A stretch of DNA of 62,928 nucleotides, filler included, from Dirinaria sp. TL-2023a (lineage: Eukaryota): NCBI GenBank assembly GCA_051941275.1. It is 21 parts of 21 records of this genome, joined end to end, with 100 filler letters (N's around TTAATTAATTAA, not from the genome) between each part and the next. Parts side by side here need not be neighbours in the genome. Positions count along the whole stretch, not along the records: positions 39,130 to 42,026 come from JAVEBF010002171.1; positions 42,127 to 45,019 come from JAVEBF010002172.1; positions 45,120 to 48,008 come from JAVEBF010002173.1; positions 48,109 to 50,996 come from JAVEBF010002174.1; positions 51,097 to 53,983 come from JAVEBF010002175.1; 16 more parts are not named here. The stretch is one strand, 5' to 3'. Made by a program: the position numbers and the translations under genes. The notes beneath the pieces are model-generated. The model saw only the letters and a program-made list of their open reading frames with translations, made no database searches and had not been told where the DNA came from. Shown here piece after piece: positions 39,130 to 52,162 of the stretch; the stretch's first letter is position 1; every line of letters starts with the position of its first letter.

Positions 39130-41301
39130 GTTGGCGAATTGAGCGCCGCCCATCCTGCGTGTTGTTGTTGCTGCTGCTGCTGCTGTTGTTGTGGAGGTGG
39201 TGGGGGTAGTGGTTGCGGTGGCGCTGCTTTCAGAGGCTGCGCTTTCAAAGCATCGCCGGCGCTGGCCCGCCTCTGCGCGATCCTCTGAGGCGCTGTGCCG
39301 TACCGCACGCTGCGGCCGTCAATCTTCCCGTCGGGCCGGAGCAGGCGGCCGTACTCGTCTCGAGCGCGGGGTACGGAGCGGAGATCCGTATGCGGTTTGG
39401 TGATTACAGGGGCAGATCTGGGCTGAGGCGGTGCTGGCGACGCTTGGGATGGAGAGGGCAGGTAGCTGGCTGCGGAATTTTCCTCCGTTGAAGATCTTGG
39501 GCCTGACGGGAAGGACTGGTCCATTGCCGACGTCATTGCTGACGAAGGTAATTGTTGGCTCTGCAGTGTCGACATTTGCGTCGAGGTTCCAGTGCGATAG
39601 CTACTCTCAGTCCAGCTAGCTGGCAAGCCTTCCGAGTAAGCGCCAAGGCCCTCCGCAAACGAACTGGTTTTGCGTCGTTTAGGGTCCGGTTCTGGGGCGC
39701 CGAGAGCGCGGGATCCAACACTTTTGGGAGATGATTTGGCTACGCCCGCCAGTCGGGGCGATGCTCTGGGGCCGGACCAGCTGGGGCGCTCCCACTCGGG
39801 GGTTACGAGGCGAACCTTTTCACCACGTTTGGGCTGCTGTCGGATTTGTGGCCGCTGGGAGTCTGGGTCGTAGTCCGAATCCTCTGGGTCAGACACTTGG
39901 ATTATGGAGTGATCATTGAGGCGGCGCGGCGCCGACGTTACCGGGTCTTGAATAGGGGCCTCAAGGGGGGCAGGTGTGGCTCGTTGGGACCGCTGTGGAG
40001 TGGTCTCCGACTGTGATGATGATTGCGAGGAAGAATCGGAGGGATCTTCGCTTGACAACGAACTATCGCGCATCTCATGGTCGCCATTGATGTTATTGTC
40101 GCCATTCCGGTAATTGGGCGAGACTCCATAAAGATCGGTGCTCTGCATTCTAGATTCTATAGATGAAGCCACAATAGGTGATCGCACATCCCTGTCTGCT
40201 TCGACCCGTTGCGCCGCTCCGTTGATTCCCAAAGGTTGCGGCGCCGGTCTCGAGGTGAGCGAGCTAAGACGAAGCTCTGAATGCAATGGTCTTGGATACG
40301 TTGGTGGGGTATGGCCTGAGACCGTGTGGGAGGATTGAGTGGAAGGTAAACCCTGCTCCAAGACTTTGACGCGTCGCTTCATTACAATCATCTCCAGTCT
40401 GAGCCCATCTATGTCGCCTACGCGGCCGTTGAGCCTTGCTAGATTTTCCGTCAGGATCTCAAGCTCTTCGGGAAATGCGGACCTGCGGCGATTGATCTGG
40501 TTTTCTGCTGGCTCGTTTCTTTTCACATCGGCTATTGTTTCCTTCATCGAGTTCATTTCCCGCTTCAATTCATTCATGACCAGCAGGATGCGATCGATAT
40601 CATTGCGCTGGTCGGCAAGTAAGCGAAGAGTGTTTGCATGAGCCTCCTCAGCAGGGGCTTTTCTTTCGGGCCCATTTTCGGATTTCGTGCCGAAGGTAGT
40701 TGGTATGAGAGGACCTAGTGGAGGATTGAAGCTTTTGATTATTGGTTTTACCATCTGGTCGCGATTCGCATCATACAGATTCAATTGCGGCAGATTAAAG
40801 AAAACTCGGTCTCTGGGCATGGCCTTGTCAGTGTCGGAATTTCCTACACGAGACTGTACTTGTACCTGCATGAAGTACGATAAGAATAGCAATGGAGATG
40901 TAATACACTTCAGTTCAAAGATCGAATAAGGCGCGATAACGAACATGGGTTTTAAAGCGTATCTTTTACCAATTTCAATTTCTGACAGGATTGACTTCAA
41001 AATCTATAGATGGAGAGAAGTCAACATACCGAAAATGGAGTTTGTCTTCGGGTGCCTCAACACACCTCACCCCGAGGCCCACTCGACAGATATTACATCG
41101 CACCGGCTTTACAAAACACCGTTCCAGTTCCGACTGAGGTGATCCATCGCGGCCCTGTTGAACGGTCTCCAAGTGATGCTCCACATAATGCCTTGAATCT
41201 TCGTAGGTGAAAAGCGTGTTTGATATGGAGACCCATGAATTATAGGTGGCGCATATTTTATAGTTGCAACCGATGCAGTGGCAATTGACTTGGGCGGACA
41301 T
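39130..41301 (-). CDS. Protein with N-terminal Yippee/Mis18-like zinc-binding domain, coiled coil and long low-complexity tail; 3' truncated
   Basis: Exon 1 (41301-41030) has CHCIGC...VRCNICRVGLGVRC. The intron at 41029-40813 (GTATGT...CTGAC...CAG) splices in frame into RDRVFFNLPQL of the 640-aa ORF. Confidence 0.7.
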
Positions 41302-42126
41302 AGTGTTACTTGGTATCGAGTGACCGGCACCATGGATAGTGATAATAATAATAGGGCGTGATGATTACAATCGGATAGAGCCGGGTTGTGTGACCATTAT
41401 TACCGATGTTAAGGTCCAGACGTCGAGAGCCCATTAAGTGGCAAATACTTGATACAAGTGAGTAGTAAGTCAGTAGGAAGTAAGTCAGGTCAGGTAGCAG
41501 GTGCCGGCACCAAAAGATGCCAGGTGTTTCGAGCAGGGCCGATGATGAGGTCAATAGATAAAGTAGTAAGTCTTACTTTTGCGCGCAAAACAAGGTTTAG
41601 AAGGAGCACGTGATGACAATAAGCTGCTTGATAACGCAGGTGTGCTGGCCCCAGTCAGGAATAGAGTAATCTTACTACTGTACTGTACTCTACTGTACTC
41701 AGGTAGAGTGAATGCCGGATGAGACACGGACAAAAAAGCAACGCGCCAAATTGGATAAGTCCTGCAATAATCATCAGCGAGAGATAGAGAGAGACAGCAA
41801 GGGCGACGTTGTCCGAATGCGAAATGCAGCCTGGGCAGGGAGGTTAATGATGATTTGCTGGCTGGATGATTAATTATTGTCAACCAAATTGCGCTATTTC
41901 TGCAGTCGAGCTCATCAAGTCTCGCAAGTCTCGCAAGTCCATCCCACTTGGGCCCAATTTTAACTCCGACATTATGGAAATGGGTGGTGAAATGATGCGA
42001 GGATGCGCCCCCGAGCCACCCCCGAGNNNNNNNNNNNNNNNNNNNNNNNNNNNNNNNNNNNNNNNNNNNNTTAATTAATTAANNNNNNNNNNNNNNNNNN
42101 NNNNNNNNNNNNNNNNNNNNNNNNNN

Positions 42127-44155
42127 GGGTGCTGTGCGGGTGGTGGTGGTGAGGAGCGCGGGGGAAGTGGCGTGCTTGGTTTGCGGCCGCGGACGGGGAG
42201 GAGGATGGGTTCAGGAAGTGCAGGCGGGAGATGGCGTGGGAGGCTGGGACCAAGGGCTGAGAGTGGATGGAGGCGTAGGTCAGGGTGAGCGGGTTGGTGA
42301 GCGTCTGCACCGAGCTGGGGATCAGTGGGTAGGCGCACAGGGTGAAGAATGCGAGCATGCGCTTCGGGAGGATGAGGAAGGGCAGCCGCACGAGCAGCGC
42401 GAGGAGGGTGGACAGGCAGATGGTGCCGAAGGAGGTGGTTACGCTGTGGTTGAGGGCGGCGATAAGTACCTGACGCGAAGTCGGAGCGGGTGTGGAGAGC
42501 CGGTGGAAGTACCACTGCGAGACTGTGGCGGCGGTAGTGGCGCGTTGGATCCCTGCACCGATGGCGAGCGTCCAGAGATAGATCAGGACGAAGAAGAGGC
42601 CAAGGAACCAAGTCGAGGTGTCGATGATGAAGAAATTCTTTGCGCCGGACAGATGGCCCCCCAGGAAGACGCGGGTGAACATGGCCATCCATAGCCATGT
42701 CCAGGTTATCACCGAGAGCAGGACGGCGAAACCGAGGATTAGCAGCCCCGGGTTGGCGGCTAGGATCTTGCAGCTGAATTCCAGTATGTTGATGGCCTTT
42801 CCAAAAGAATGGCGTCCGCGATATATGCTTATGGTCCAAAGCACGGAAAGCAGGCCGGGCAGGAAGGAAAAGTAGCGCATAGCTTTATCTTGCACGCTAC
42901 TGCCATGGAAGCGGCCGCGAAAGCTCGAGATGAAGGGATATAGAGAAAAAGAGACCAGGATGACAGGCACGGCAATCAGCATGGTATAGACAAGAGGCCG
43001 AATATATGAGCGCAGGGCCGCGAGCCATAAAAAGGAGACAATAACTGCGACCAGGGTGTCGATGGCGAGGAGGTGAAATGAGGCTCGCACAGTGGTGTAG
43101 ACAGTATCGCCCAGAGGACGCTTACTGGAAGGGATGTAGGTGTGTAGGTAGACGAGGAAGTAGGAAGCGAAGAGAGCCGCAACGCAGATTAGGTAAAGAG
43201 AGGCCCAGAACTGATCATGGCGGGGGAGGTCCTCAGTAGCTGGTGCCATAGTTGGAGGCGCCGATGATGAGTCCGACTCCGGCGGATGCCGCTGTTCTCG
43301 TACTACACTTGGGGATGTAGGTTGTGGCATGAACGGCGATGTAGGCTCGAAAGGCGCTTTCGGAGGGTTTCGGAATTTCTGTATCGAAGGGGCATCATCC
43401 TCCGGAATTTCCAGTGCAAGGTCGTCTGGCGGTTCGTCGCCATCGACACTGCCATGGGTTGTACTGGCCAACCCGATTTCTTCCATATGGCCTTTGCCCC
43501 GACTGCTGCCATCGCTGCTCCTTCGCCCAAGCAGGTCAGCTGGAACATTGTCGACTGTCCGCTTGGTCTCCCTCTTGCTCGTGGGGTGGCGCTTTTCCCC
43601 CCTCCATGAGCTATTGATACCTCCCAAGTGGCTTCGACCTCGTTCATCGATTCCACGGGGATCTCTATCCTCCGAGAGTCCCGAGTCTCTGCTTCCTTCA
43701 CCTTCCGACGACTCCTCCAAGCGGCTACCCACAAACTGCCGCCGGGAGCGCTGAAGAGCGTAGAAGTCGGCTGCCTCACGCTCATGCTCCTGTTCATCAT
43801 CTTCTTCCCGGAAATCATCGGTAGCACTGTAGAACAAAGGCGCATTGGGTGGTTGTCTCGAGGCGAAGGGGAATTGAGAAAACTGTGAAGCACTTGCGCG
43901 GTAAGGGTTCCCAACGGATGGTCGGAATGACCTCGAGGTGGGGAAGCGTGAAGAGGCCTGGTTCTGATCTCTTTGCCTACTCAGAGGATTCCTTGTCGAT
44001 TGTTCTGGCTGTCCCAAGCCGACTCTAGACTGCGACTGAGCCAGGAAGCGGCTGGCATCTATGTCGCCTATGAGCTATGGTCTTCGCTCATAGTTGCACA
44101 GGTCTGGGATGAATCTAGGGATAAGAGAAATGCTTCGCTTACATTCCGAGAACAT
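42127..44155 (-). CDS. Choline transporter-like (CTL/SLC44, Pns1/Ctl1) membrane protein, 3' truncated
   Basis: Mini-exon 44155-44143 plus intron 44142-44059 gives MFSEYASRFLAQSQSR. Multiple TM helices follow, with RATTAATVSQWYF, SFGTICLSTL and LTLTYASIHSQP. Confidence 0.87.
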
Positions 44156-44679
44156 CTTCCGCTTCTCCGCCCCCTTCGAGGACCCTCAGTCCTGGCAGGT
44201 CTATAAGATGGATTGGATAGAGCTAGTGGTACGATAAGCAGTACGGCGGCTCTAGGATTGCGATATGGACTGTGGCTGATTTAATTGCGAACCTCTCCGG
44301 AGAGACTTCTGTAAGCCAAAGGTTCAGGCTGCAATATCATAAGGTCGAGAAGGGATTTTGTATGCGCAGGTGATGTACCTTAGGGATGGTGGGAGAACTG
44401 GGAGCAGCGCGTGAGAGATATCGGCAGCCTTGAGCCTTGGGGCCTTTTGACGTCGAGTCAGTCATGCCAAGAAGACAAAAATCCGCCTCGAACTCACCCC
44501 TCTTTCAGCGTAGAGTGAGCGCCGCTTTATGGTCGCGCGACGCAGGTGAGGATCGCGCGAGCCCGTTAAATCTTCAATGATGCACGGATGATGCCTATAT
44601 GGCGCCTCTTGAAACGTAGAGGGTGTTGGAATTCTATGTGCTGACCTCCGTGTCACGTGCCGGGCAAGATTACCCGATG

Positions 44680-44711
44680 TCACGTGTCGAGTAATGTTAC
44701 TCGACACGTGA
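44680..44711. repeat. Perfect 15-bp-arm inverted repeat at the gene/AT-rich boundary
   Basis: TCACGTGTCGAGTAA-TG-TTACTCGACACGTGA, preceded by a related unit at 44653-44676. Confidence 0.85.
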
Positions 44712-45119
44712 TCAACTCTTTGTATATTATAAATGAGTTGTTTTTTTCAGTTTTTAGATAGTAATTATACGTTTTATCATTTAATTTCGACAGATTATGA
44801 GCTCGAAGAGCGAGTAATTTATCTGCTCTTTAGGAACAAATACATCGAATAAACAATGAATTTATTTATTTGTTTTTTTATCATTTTTATATCAATAATT
44901 TGTTTATTTCGTCATTTCTTTTTATACACGAATTTTTATCGTTTTTTATTTTACTCGAATTTATTTAAGATTCTCTCATTCGGAATTTCTTTATAAAGAA
45001 TGAATTTTTCGACTCATATNNNNNNNNNNNNNNNNNNNNNNNNNNNNNNNNNNNNNNNNNNNNTTAATTAATTAANNNNNNNNNNNNNNNNNNNNNNNNN
45101 NNNNNNNNNNNNNNNNNNN

Positions 45120-47252
45120 GGAGAGGGTGCGCAAACAGGTAAGAGCAATGTGCTTATGGGCATCATTGGGACTTATGTCTATTGTAGGATTACTCGTTGA
45201 CCGAATGTAATCGCGGATGCTGTTGTGGTTGATGCTTATCTTGGTTGTCCAAAGATCGGAGTCGAAGATGAGTCGATTGTCCTGCTCATCATCAGATGAC
45301 GTCGATGATACATCGCTTATTTCGTTCCCTGTAGCTCGCAAGTCATGGGAATCACCAGTCATTGGACTCTGTACAGCCATACGGCGTAGGTCCTCTGTGG
45401 TTTTACCGTCTTCCCGGTCAAGTACAAACAAAGACCGGTATTCCTCTCGCAAATACGATTCCAGGCCTGGAAGTCCTTCGCCAACCGGTTCCTTGAGTTC
45501 CAGCAAAAGTTTCATTTCGCCCAAATAGAGTTCACGGGTTGCGAATGTTGACCATATCAGCATCTCTCTCAAGTCATTGCCGCTGCTTGAATTCCTGATC
45601 AATCGTTCGATAATGGTCTCCAGAAGCTGGAAAACCCTCGGTGGGCTTGCCAATAACCTTTCGATGTCGCTCACTCGAGGCTGATCTACGATTTCTTCAA
45701 GCATGAGCCTTGCCCAAAGAAACATGCCGGCAGCTCCTTCTTTAAGCCTTTCTACTATCAGGCTTTTGAGGGCATTGCGCTCATCTTTTGCTTTATGCCG
45801 CAAAAGCTTTACTCTTTTGATGTTCTTCTCAATATATTTCACCACGTCGTTCGACATCTTTGTCGCGGAAATCTCAACATATGGAGGCGGGTTTCTTGGC
45901 CATTGGTCGGTGATCTCTGGTCGACCAAGGATCAGGAACTGGAGCCTGCAAGTATTCTGGTACCCCTTCCCGCGTAGATCTTTCATCAGTCCAAGAAGAA
46001 TCTTTTGCTGCTCGATGGGGGCTTCATCAACCCCATCAATGATGACTCTCGCACTGCCATGAAATTTTTCCACGAAGAAATAGTCGCTGAAAAGATTCTT
46101 CCACGTATCCTCGGCTATACGTATCCGCCTCTGATCCTTGCAGACCATAGCGGCAAAACTCTCATACTCACTATCCAGGTGGGCTAGTTGAAACGCAATA
46201 CATTTGAGCAAATTATTGACCGAGCAAGTCGAACTGTTGTCATTCTTGATGTAGAAGTAAGCCACGCTCTGGGTTGGAAGTTTGCGGCTTTCAAGTTCGT
46301 CGATAATTCTGGTCGAGAGAAACGATTTCCCAACCCCTCCTGCTCCCAGCATCCAGAGAAATGCTGACCTTTCTTCAGACCACTCCTCGACCAACGGGTC
46401 ATCAAATATCCAATCACCAGTGGCCCGGGTTCTATCTCTACCAATGGACTTATAAATCTCGTACATCCGGTTGGCGAGTTCTTCGCCGAGCACTGTACTC
46501 ATATGCTGACTGTGTGCTCTTGACTCACTTTCTCTCTTAGATTGGCCAACCTGGACGCTGATATCTTCAACCATCTTCTCCGTACGCTGTGTGGTTTTTT
46601 CCACGCGCTGTGTGGAGCTGTAGTTCAAAGCGGACACCAAACGAGCCTCATCGTCCGATAATCGTTCCAGGTCTTTCAAAAGATTCTGCAGCTTTTCATC
46701 TTTTCCAAGAAACGCAACTCGGAAATACTCCTGCGCTCTAGGACGTCTTGCTAATTTTTCCGTTCGCGCAAGGATTTCGAGAACCTTGCACATAGTTTCT
46801 GTCACAAGCCTGCCCAGTTCCTCGTCAATGGTCTCTTCAGTGTATTGCTTGAAACGCTGCGTGGCGGTTGCTATCCGGGCCAGAAGATCCTCCACAGCAT
46901 CGTATGCGTCCGAAACACCCTTTGCGGCATTCACAAGGTGAAGAATAGCGCCGAGTGCGGCACTCGCAGGTAGAATCTGAGCTCCTCCGAGAACATCTTG
47001 TGCCAGTCCGCCTACCAGCTGGATCGGCATCCAAGCTGCTGAGATCGCTTTCCATAATCTCGCGTGGCGTTCTCTGAAATCGGTAAATCCTTGATTGGAC
47101 TGCTTGATCCTGCTGTGCAAGTCGTCTAAGGTTTTGAGATCACGAGCACTGGCATCGGACGACAGATCGCGTCCCGTCCGATCTTTGTATTTATCGAGGG
47201 CACTGGCCCACAGGCTTGCGAACTGTACGTTGTGATCAAGCTTTGCAGCCAT
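45120..47252 (-). CDS. Fungal NLR: Goodbye-like N-terminal domain + NACHT NTPase, 3' truncated
   Basis: FASLWASALDKYKDRTGRDL...FTDFRERH, TGDWI, Walker A LWMLGAGGVGKS, Walker B VIIDGVDE, GMFLWARLML and NHNSIRDY in an intronless ORF of more than 700 aa. Confidence 0.92.
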
Positions 47253-48168
47253 CTAGCGAGAAGTACGGACAATCATCGGGTCACTGCGGTAGGTGAATGT
47301 TGCCTACTTTAATGGGTCACGTGAGTCTCTAATAGTAAGGTACCTTACATTCTCAGCCGGAGCGAACACTGGGTGACATCATACCAGGTTCACCAACAAA
47401 AGTCCCGTCAGAGCAACGCGGAGTTGACTTTAGGGCTAGGGTTGCATCGAATGACCCACCACCACCCAAGAACATACTACTTTATCACAGTCAGAGGAAT
47501 GGGAAATTCTTGCCACTTGACTATATCTCATTCCGACTCCTATACCATGGAGTCCCAGCAGAATTAGCATATGCAATTCTAGGCACTATTTTTCACAGTG
47601 GTACTGCGAAAACAAGTGACTGCCTGTCATGGGAAAAAACCATAGGAAAAACCATGCGAAAAATCATGCGTAAGGTATAGCAGACAGTATGTAAGAAGCA
47701 TGGTAAGCAGCTTCACCGATGATGTACGAGTACTCGTCCGTGGCGGTGGGAGTGGCGAGGTAGGTGGCTGATGCTCGGAAATAAGAAATGTCTACTGCCA
47801 GGTGTGTACTGCCCCGAAGCAAGTCTTACCGTAGACATCATCGTTCATTATCAGATCACTCTTTCCTATTGACCTAAGACATGTTGGTGATTAGAAACTT
47901 CTATAAACCGCTCAGGCACGACTATTGGCAATGACCATAAGTCGATGCCCAAGGATCATACTCCTTCGCCAGCATCAGATCCTGCATATGCCGGCGCCTG
48001 ATGCCAACNNNNNNNNNNNNNNNNNNNNNNNNNNNNNNNNNNNNNNNNNNNNTTAATTAATTAANNNNNNNNNNNNNNNNNNNNNNNNNNNNNNNNNNNN
48101 NNNNNNNNCTTCTTCCCCCTCCCCTCCGGAAGCCAAAAAGGGGGAAATTTCCAAAAAAAAAACATTAC

Positions 48169-48425
48169 CTTGGTGAACCCAATATCCGCGCTCTTCTCGC
48201 GGAAACACTGCCGACAGATATTGAGCCCGTATTTCCGGATCAACCCCGCTTTATGCGTGCACACGCGACTGTTGGAAAATATCAGCTTCGAATTTACTTC
48301 TCTCTCTCTCTCGCTCTTGCTAGGAGGGCTATATATGTAGGAGGGGATAATTGTTGGACGCACCATGCTCGCGCACCCTTTCCGTAGCCGCGAGGGCGAG
48401 AGTACCAGACTGATTCGTGGGACAT
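48169..48425 (-). CDS. RPS29: 40S ribosomal protein S29 (uS14); last mini-exon lies beyond the contig
   Basis: [21 protein letters not shown], intron 48363-48269, [33 protein letters not shown], then a GTAATG donor. Confidence 0.97.
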
Positions 48426-49229
48426 GGTTGTTGTTGTTGTGTTGTATGCTTGTGGGGTAGAGGGGAAAGAGTCTGTGGTGGGAGGGAGGGTTTTTGTTAG
48501 TGGTGTTTGGATTGAGGAGGGAGAGGGGATCTTGTACCGTCTGCTTAGGCGGATTGATGTATGGAGGTACGCCTGCGATTGAGAGAGGTTGCGGTTGACG
48601 TATTTAGGTGATGAGGGTGGGTTTTAGAGTATCAAAAAGGCATCCTGTGCGGTGCCAAGAAATAGAAGGCTGCCCTAGCCGCATCCTCCATCGGGCCGAG
48701 GGTGAGCGCCGCTTTAACCTCGGACTCACTGGGGACTATGTTCTGGATAGGACTTGTCATGTCCGAATCTATCGCTTTTAAGGTAGAAGTCCTTTGTGTG
48801 CTGAGCCCTAACACGCGCCCGCTAGCACGACGCTAGTCCGGTTGGAATAGCACAGAGCTTACTACCAACCCCTTACCATAGCTGATCCAGTGACCACGAG
48901 AATAATGCAAGATCCTGACGCGATATTATCATTACACGCCGCGTAGATCGAGCATTGACAAAAAACTTCTAGGGTTCTAGATATTGCAAGACCTCACAAT
49001 TGACTCTGGGGCTACCGAGAAATGAAACCGCCACACCTTATATATCCTGTTGGGACCTTTATATAATCATGTATGGGCACTGACAATGAGTAGATATGAT
49101 CCTGATAAAAGCCTGGTATATCGCACATAACACGAACATGTGATGGTTAGGTGTTGTCAGCAATCGAACCCAATATTCGCATTTACAGCACCTTGGTCTC
49201 TCGAAGTCAACTACCTGCTCCAGGCACTC

Positions 49230-50430
49230 CTTATCATTTTTCAATCATCTGAGTTACTATGTCTACCATTATTGACTTGGATGCTGTATCTCCTGCCACA
49301 ACTTGACCCCTAACACCTTCACCACCTGTCACGCCTTCTGGATCTCATTTTGCTTTTCAATCATCTCCTCAAATACCTCTTGAGATTTTATTCCAAGCAG
49401 TTGGAATGCATTTGGTGCAAGAGATAAATCCTATATGCTTACTCTTGGTTCTCGCAATCGTTAAGTTAATTTTGTTATCTTCGCTGCCGCCGCGCATCAG
49501 CTCATTTACTCAGAATTAGCTCATGAAACAGGTCTTCTCTGCTGTGCTGGCACTATACAAAAAATTTTACAACCCAATTGCCAATTGGTCCGTATTGCAT
49601 TCCGATAAGTACGGATTTGCGAGACTAATGTGTTTGCGAAAACCGAGTACATGTAGAGTCATTTGCATAGTGCGAGCAGAGCAGAGAAGACCTGTTTCGT
49701 GGGCCAATTCTGAATAGGTGAGCTGACGCGCGGCGGCAGAGAAGACAACTAAGTTGACTGAACGATTGCGAGAATTTGAAGTAAGTATATGCGATATATC
49801 TTTTCTAGGTTGAGGTGTTTTTGACTCAGTGCGTACGCGATGCACGGTGCTAACATGATAACCCATTGTATGTGCAATGCAACGAATGAAGGCATTACGA
49901 ATTGTTGTGAAATGGATTTTTTTGTCGCATTGCACATATAATAGGTGATCATGTTTGCACCGTGCATCGCATATACATTGAGCGAGAAACACCTCAACAT
50001 GGAAGAGGTAAATTCCATCCCGCGACGGTTCGCAATACCTTCATAGCAATCCAGGTTTCTTAGGTCATCCTAGACTCTTGAAGCGATGCCACGGTATCGG
50101 TTTCGTTGACAGGCACAGGAAGTTTGGGAATACGGTCGCTTAAAGAAGTCGGCGGCAGTGCTGTGAGTTACTCGAACTTAACCTCAGTTGGGGCAAGTGA
50201 GTGAACTTCATCTGACTGCATTTGCAATTGAGCTTCAATTGCCTCCAAGCGCATTCCAATTGCTTGGAATGTGGTCTCAAGGGGGGGTTTGGGGAGGAAA
50301 TTCAAACGCAAAGAGAAAGTCAGGAGGTGCGACAGGTGGTGAAGATGCTGGGGACCAAGTTGTGGCAGAAGATGCAGCATCGAAAGCGATGATGGCAGTT
50401 ATAGTGAGTCATGTGATCGAAAAGTGATAA
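49230..50430 (-). pseudogene. Rearranged relics of a Tc1/mariner-like transposase 5' region
   Basis: Minus strand: ETWIAMKVLRTVAGW...IAHTMGYHVSTVHRV (HTH)...RQLTYSELA...CSARTMQMTLHVLGFRKHISLANPYLS (second HTH region). A diverged inverted copy lies at 49230-49570. Confidence 0.62.
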
Positions 50431-52162
50431 CGATTGCTTGAGATAGATGATCTAAAACTTCATCGTGCAGGAGCCATGCCAGTATACCTGGATGCAGATC
50501 CACACACTTTCGGCCCCTAACAGTGGCCTGAGTACATACCCGGTCATGTGAGGGTGTTCTACAAGCCTCATGCTAATGGATGGTGTGAAGAGATTATGTG
50601 CGCCGGGAACGATTGCATCCTCGATCCTAAGTGATGCCCCTAATGGAGTGAAGCTGCGATATCGGCTGAAACGCACCAACCAGGTATTTGGATTCCTACA
50701 TCCCGAGTCATGACACTTGGAAGCTGGACAATAATAATAAAGTAAGCAGTAAAAGCAATTAAAAGAACGGACGCACGACCAAGCAGGGGAAAGCGAATCC
50801 AATGGAGAGAGAAATGTATAGAGATCCACCACTGCAATCCTCTTGAAGTGCAAAAGATGTATATAGATACCAAAGGGCCTCTCCCACCCCAAGAACAAAA
50901 AGTCCCCCTAATCCAAGCAAAGACAATCAAAATATACTTTTTCCCTCTTCGATCTTCACCCCTCCTCCCCCTCGCGGCCGCAGTCTCCTCTTACACNNNN
51001 NNNNNNNNNNNNNNNNNNNNNNNNNNNNNNNNNNNNNNNNTTAATTAATTAANNNNNNNNNNNNNNNNNNNNNNNNNNNNNNNNNNNNNNNNNNNNGGAA
51101 CGAGGGAAGAGTGCAGTGGGAGGGAATTTGGGGATGGGGGTTATTTTTTGTTTGGTGGTGGTTAAGTAAGTAAGTAGGTAAGGTAAGTAAGTAATAAGGT
51201 AACGGAGAGATCGTTTGGGTGCGTTTGGGTGGAAAGACAACACAGGAAGGAATTTGCGGGATGGGATCATGGGAGGCACCGAAGAGGCTAAGGCAGTAGG
51301 CACAGCGTACAGGCTACAAGGGCCCCTCCGAGTGCCTCACATGCAGTACCGGGTCCAGCTAGCGGCTCGAGTTTAACCTACTTTTACTCGGCTGCTTAGC
51401 AGTACGGTAGGCACCTTGATGGCCTGAGGCACACCCAACTCTAAGTCACAAGTCACAAGTCACAAGTGGCTCTCCCCCTTCACTGTGGCGTTAGGTAACT
51501 TAGGTTCCTTACCAAATACTCTAGCAACAACTCTATCCTCCACACACCTTACCTTACCTGCTCACCTTACATAAGTACAGTACCTTTCCTTCTGCTGTAC
51601 ATCGACGGATGAATAATACCTTAATAATCTCCTTTAGGTAAAAGGTAGGTATCTTACATACATGTCTTGTAGATCATTAATATCGACTCAAATTGACTAT
51701 TTTTTCTCAAATCACTGAAACCCGCAAGGATCATGTACGTACATGTATGTTCTACGGAAACCTTGTAACCCCCCTGTTAGATGGATACTGTACCTTAGAT
51801 TAGATGCCTCTGGAAAGTACATGATGGTGGGATTTGAGAGGCTGCACTGGATTATTGCGCTCAGGGATTCCATTTGAGAGTAGCTCTTCCCCGAGAACGC
51901 TATTTGAACCTTATTCCCCAGGTCGGCGACCGGCCTAAGAGTACATGGACTTTACAGTACTACTACGGCACGATGTTCTATGATGGCTGCTGCTTCGACG
52001 TCGAGCTTCTTCCCAATTCGACTGCTTGGTGCGATGCTAACAGAACCATTGACGCCGAAATAGAATAATATGTTCAGTAAAGATTCCTCCCATACGCCTG
52101 CCTTCATTGAGCTCATTTACAATGTCCCATGTGTCGAACAGCTTGTCTCGTCCTCCAGAGCT

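Noticed and set aside
40813..41000. N-terminal part of the 640-aa ORF
   Set aside because: Lies within the predicted intron; the true start is at 41301.
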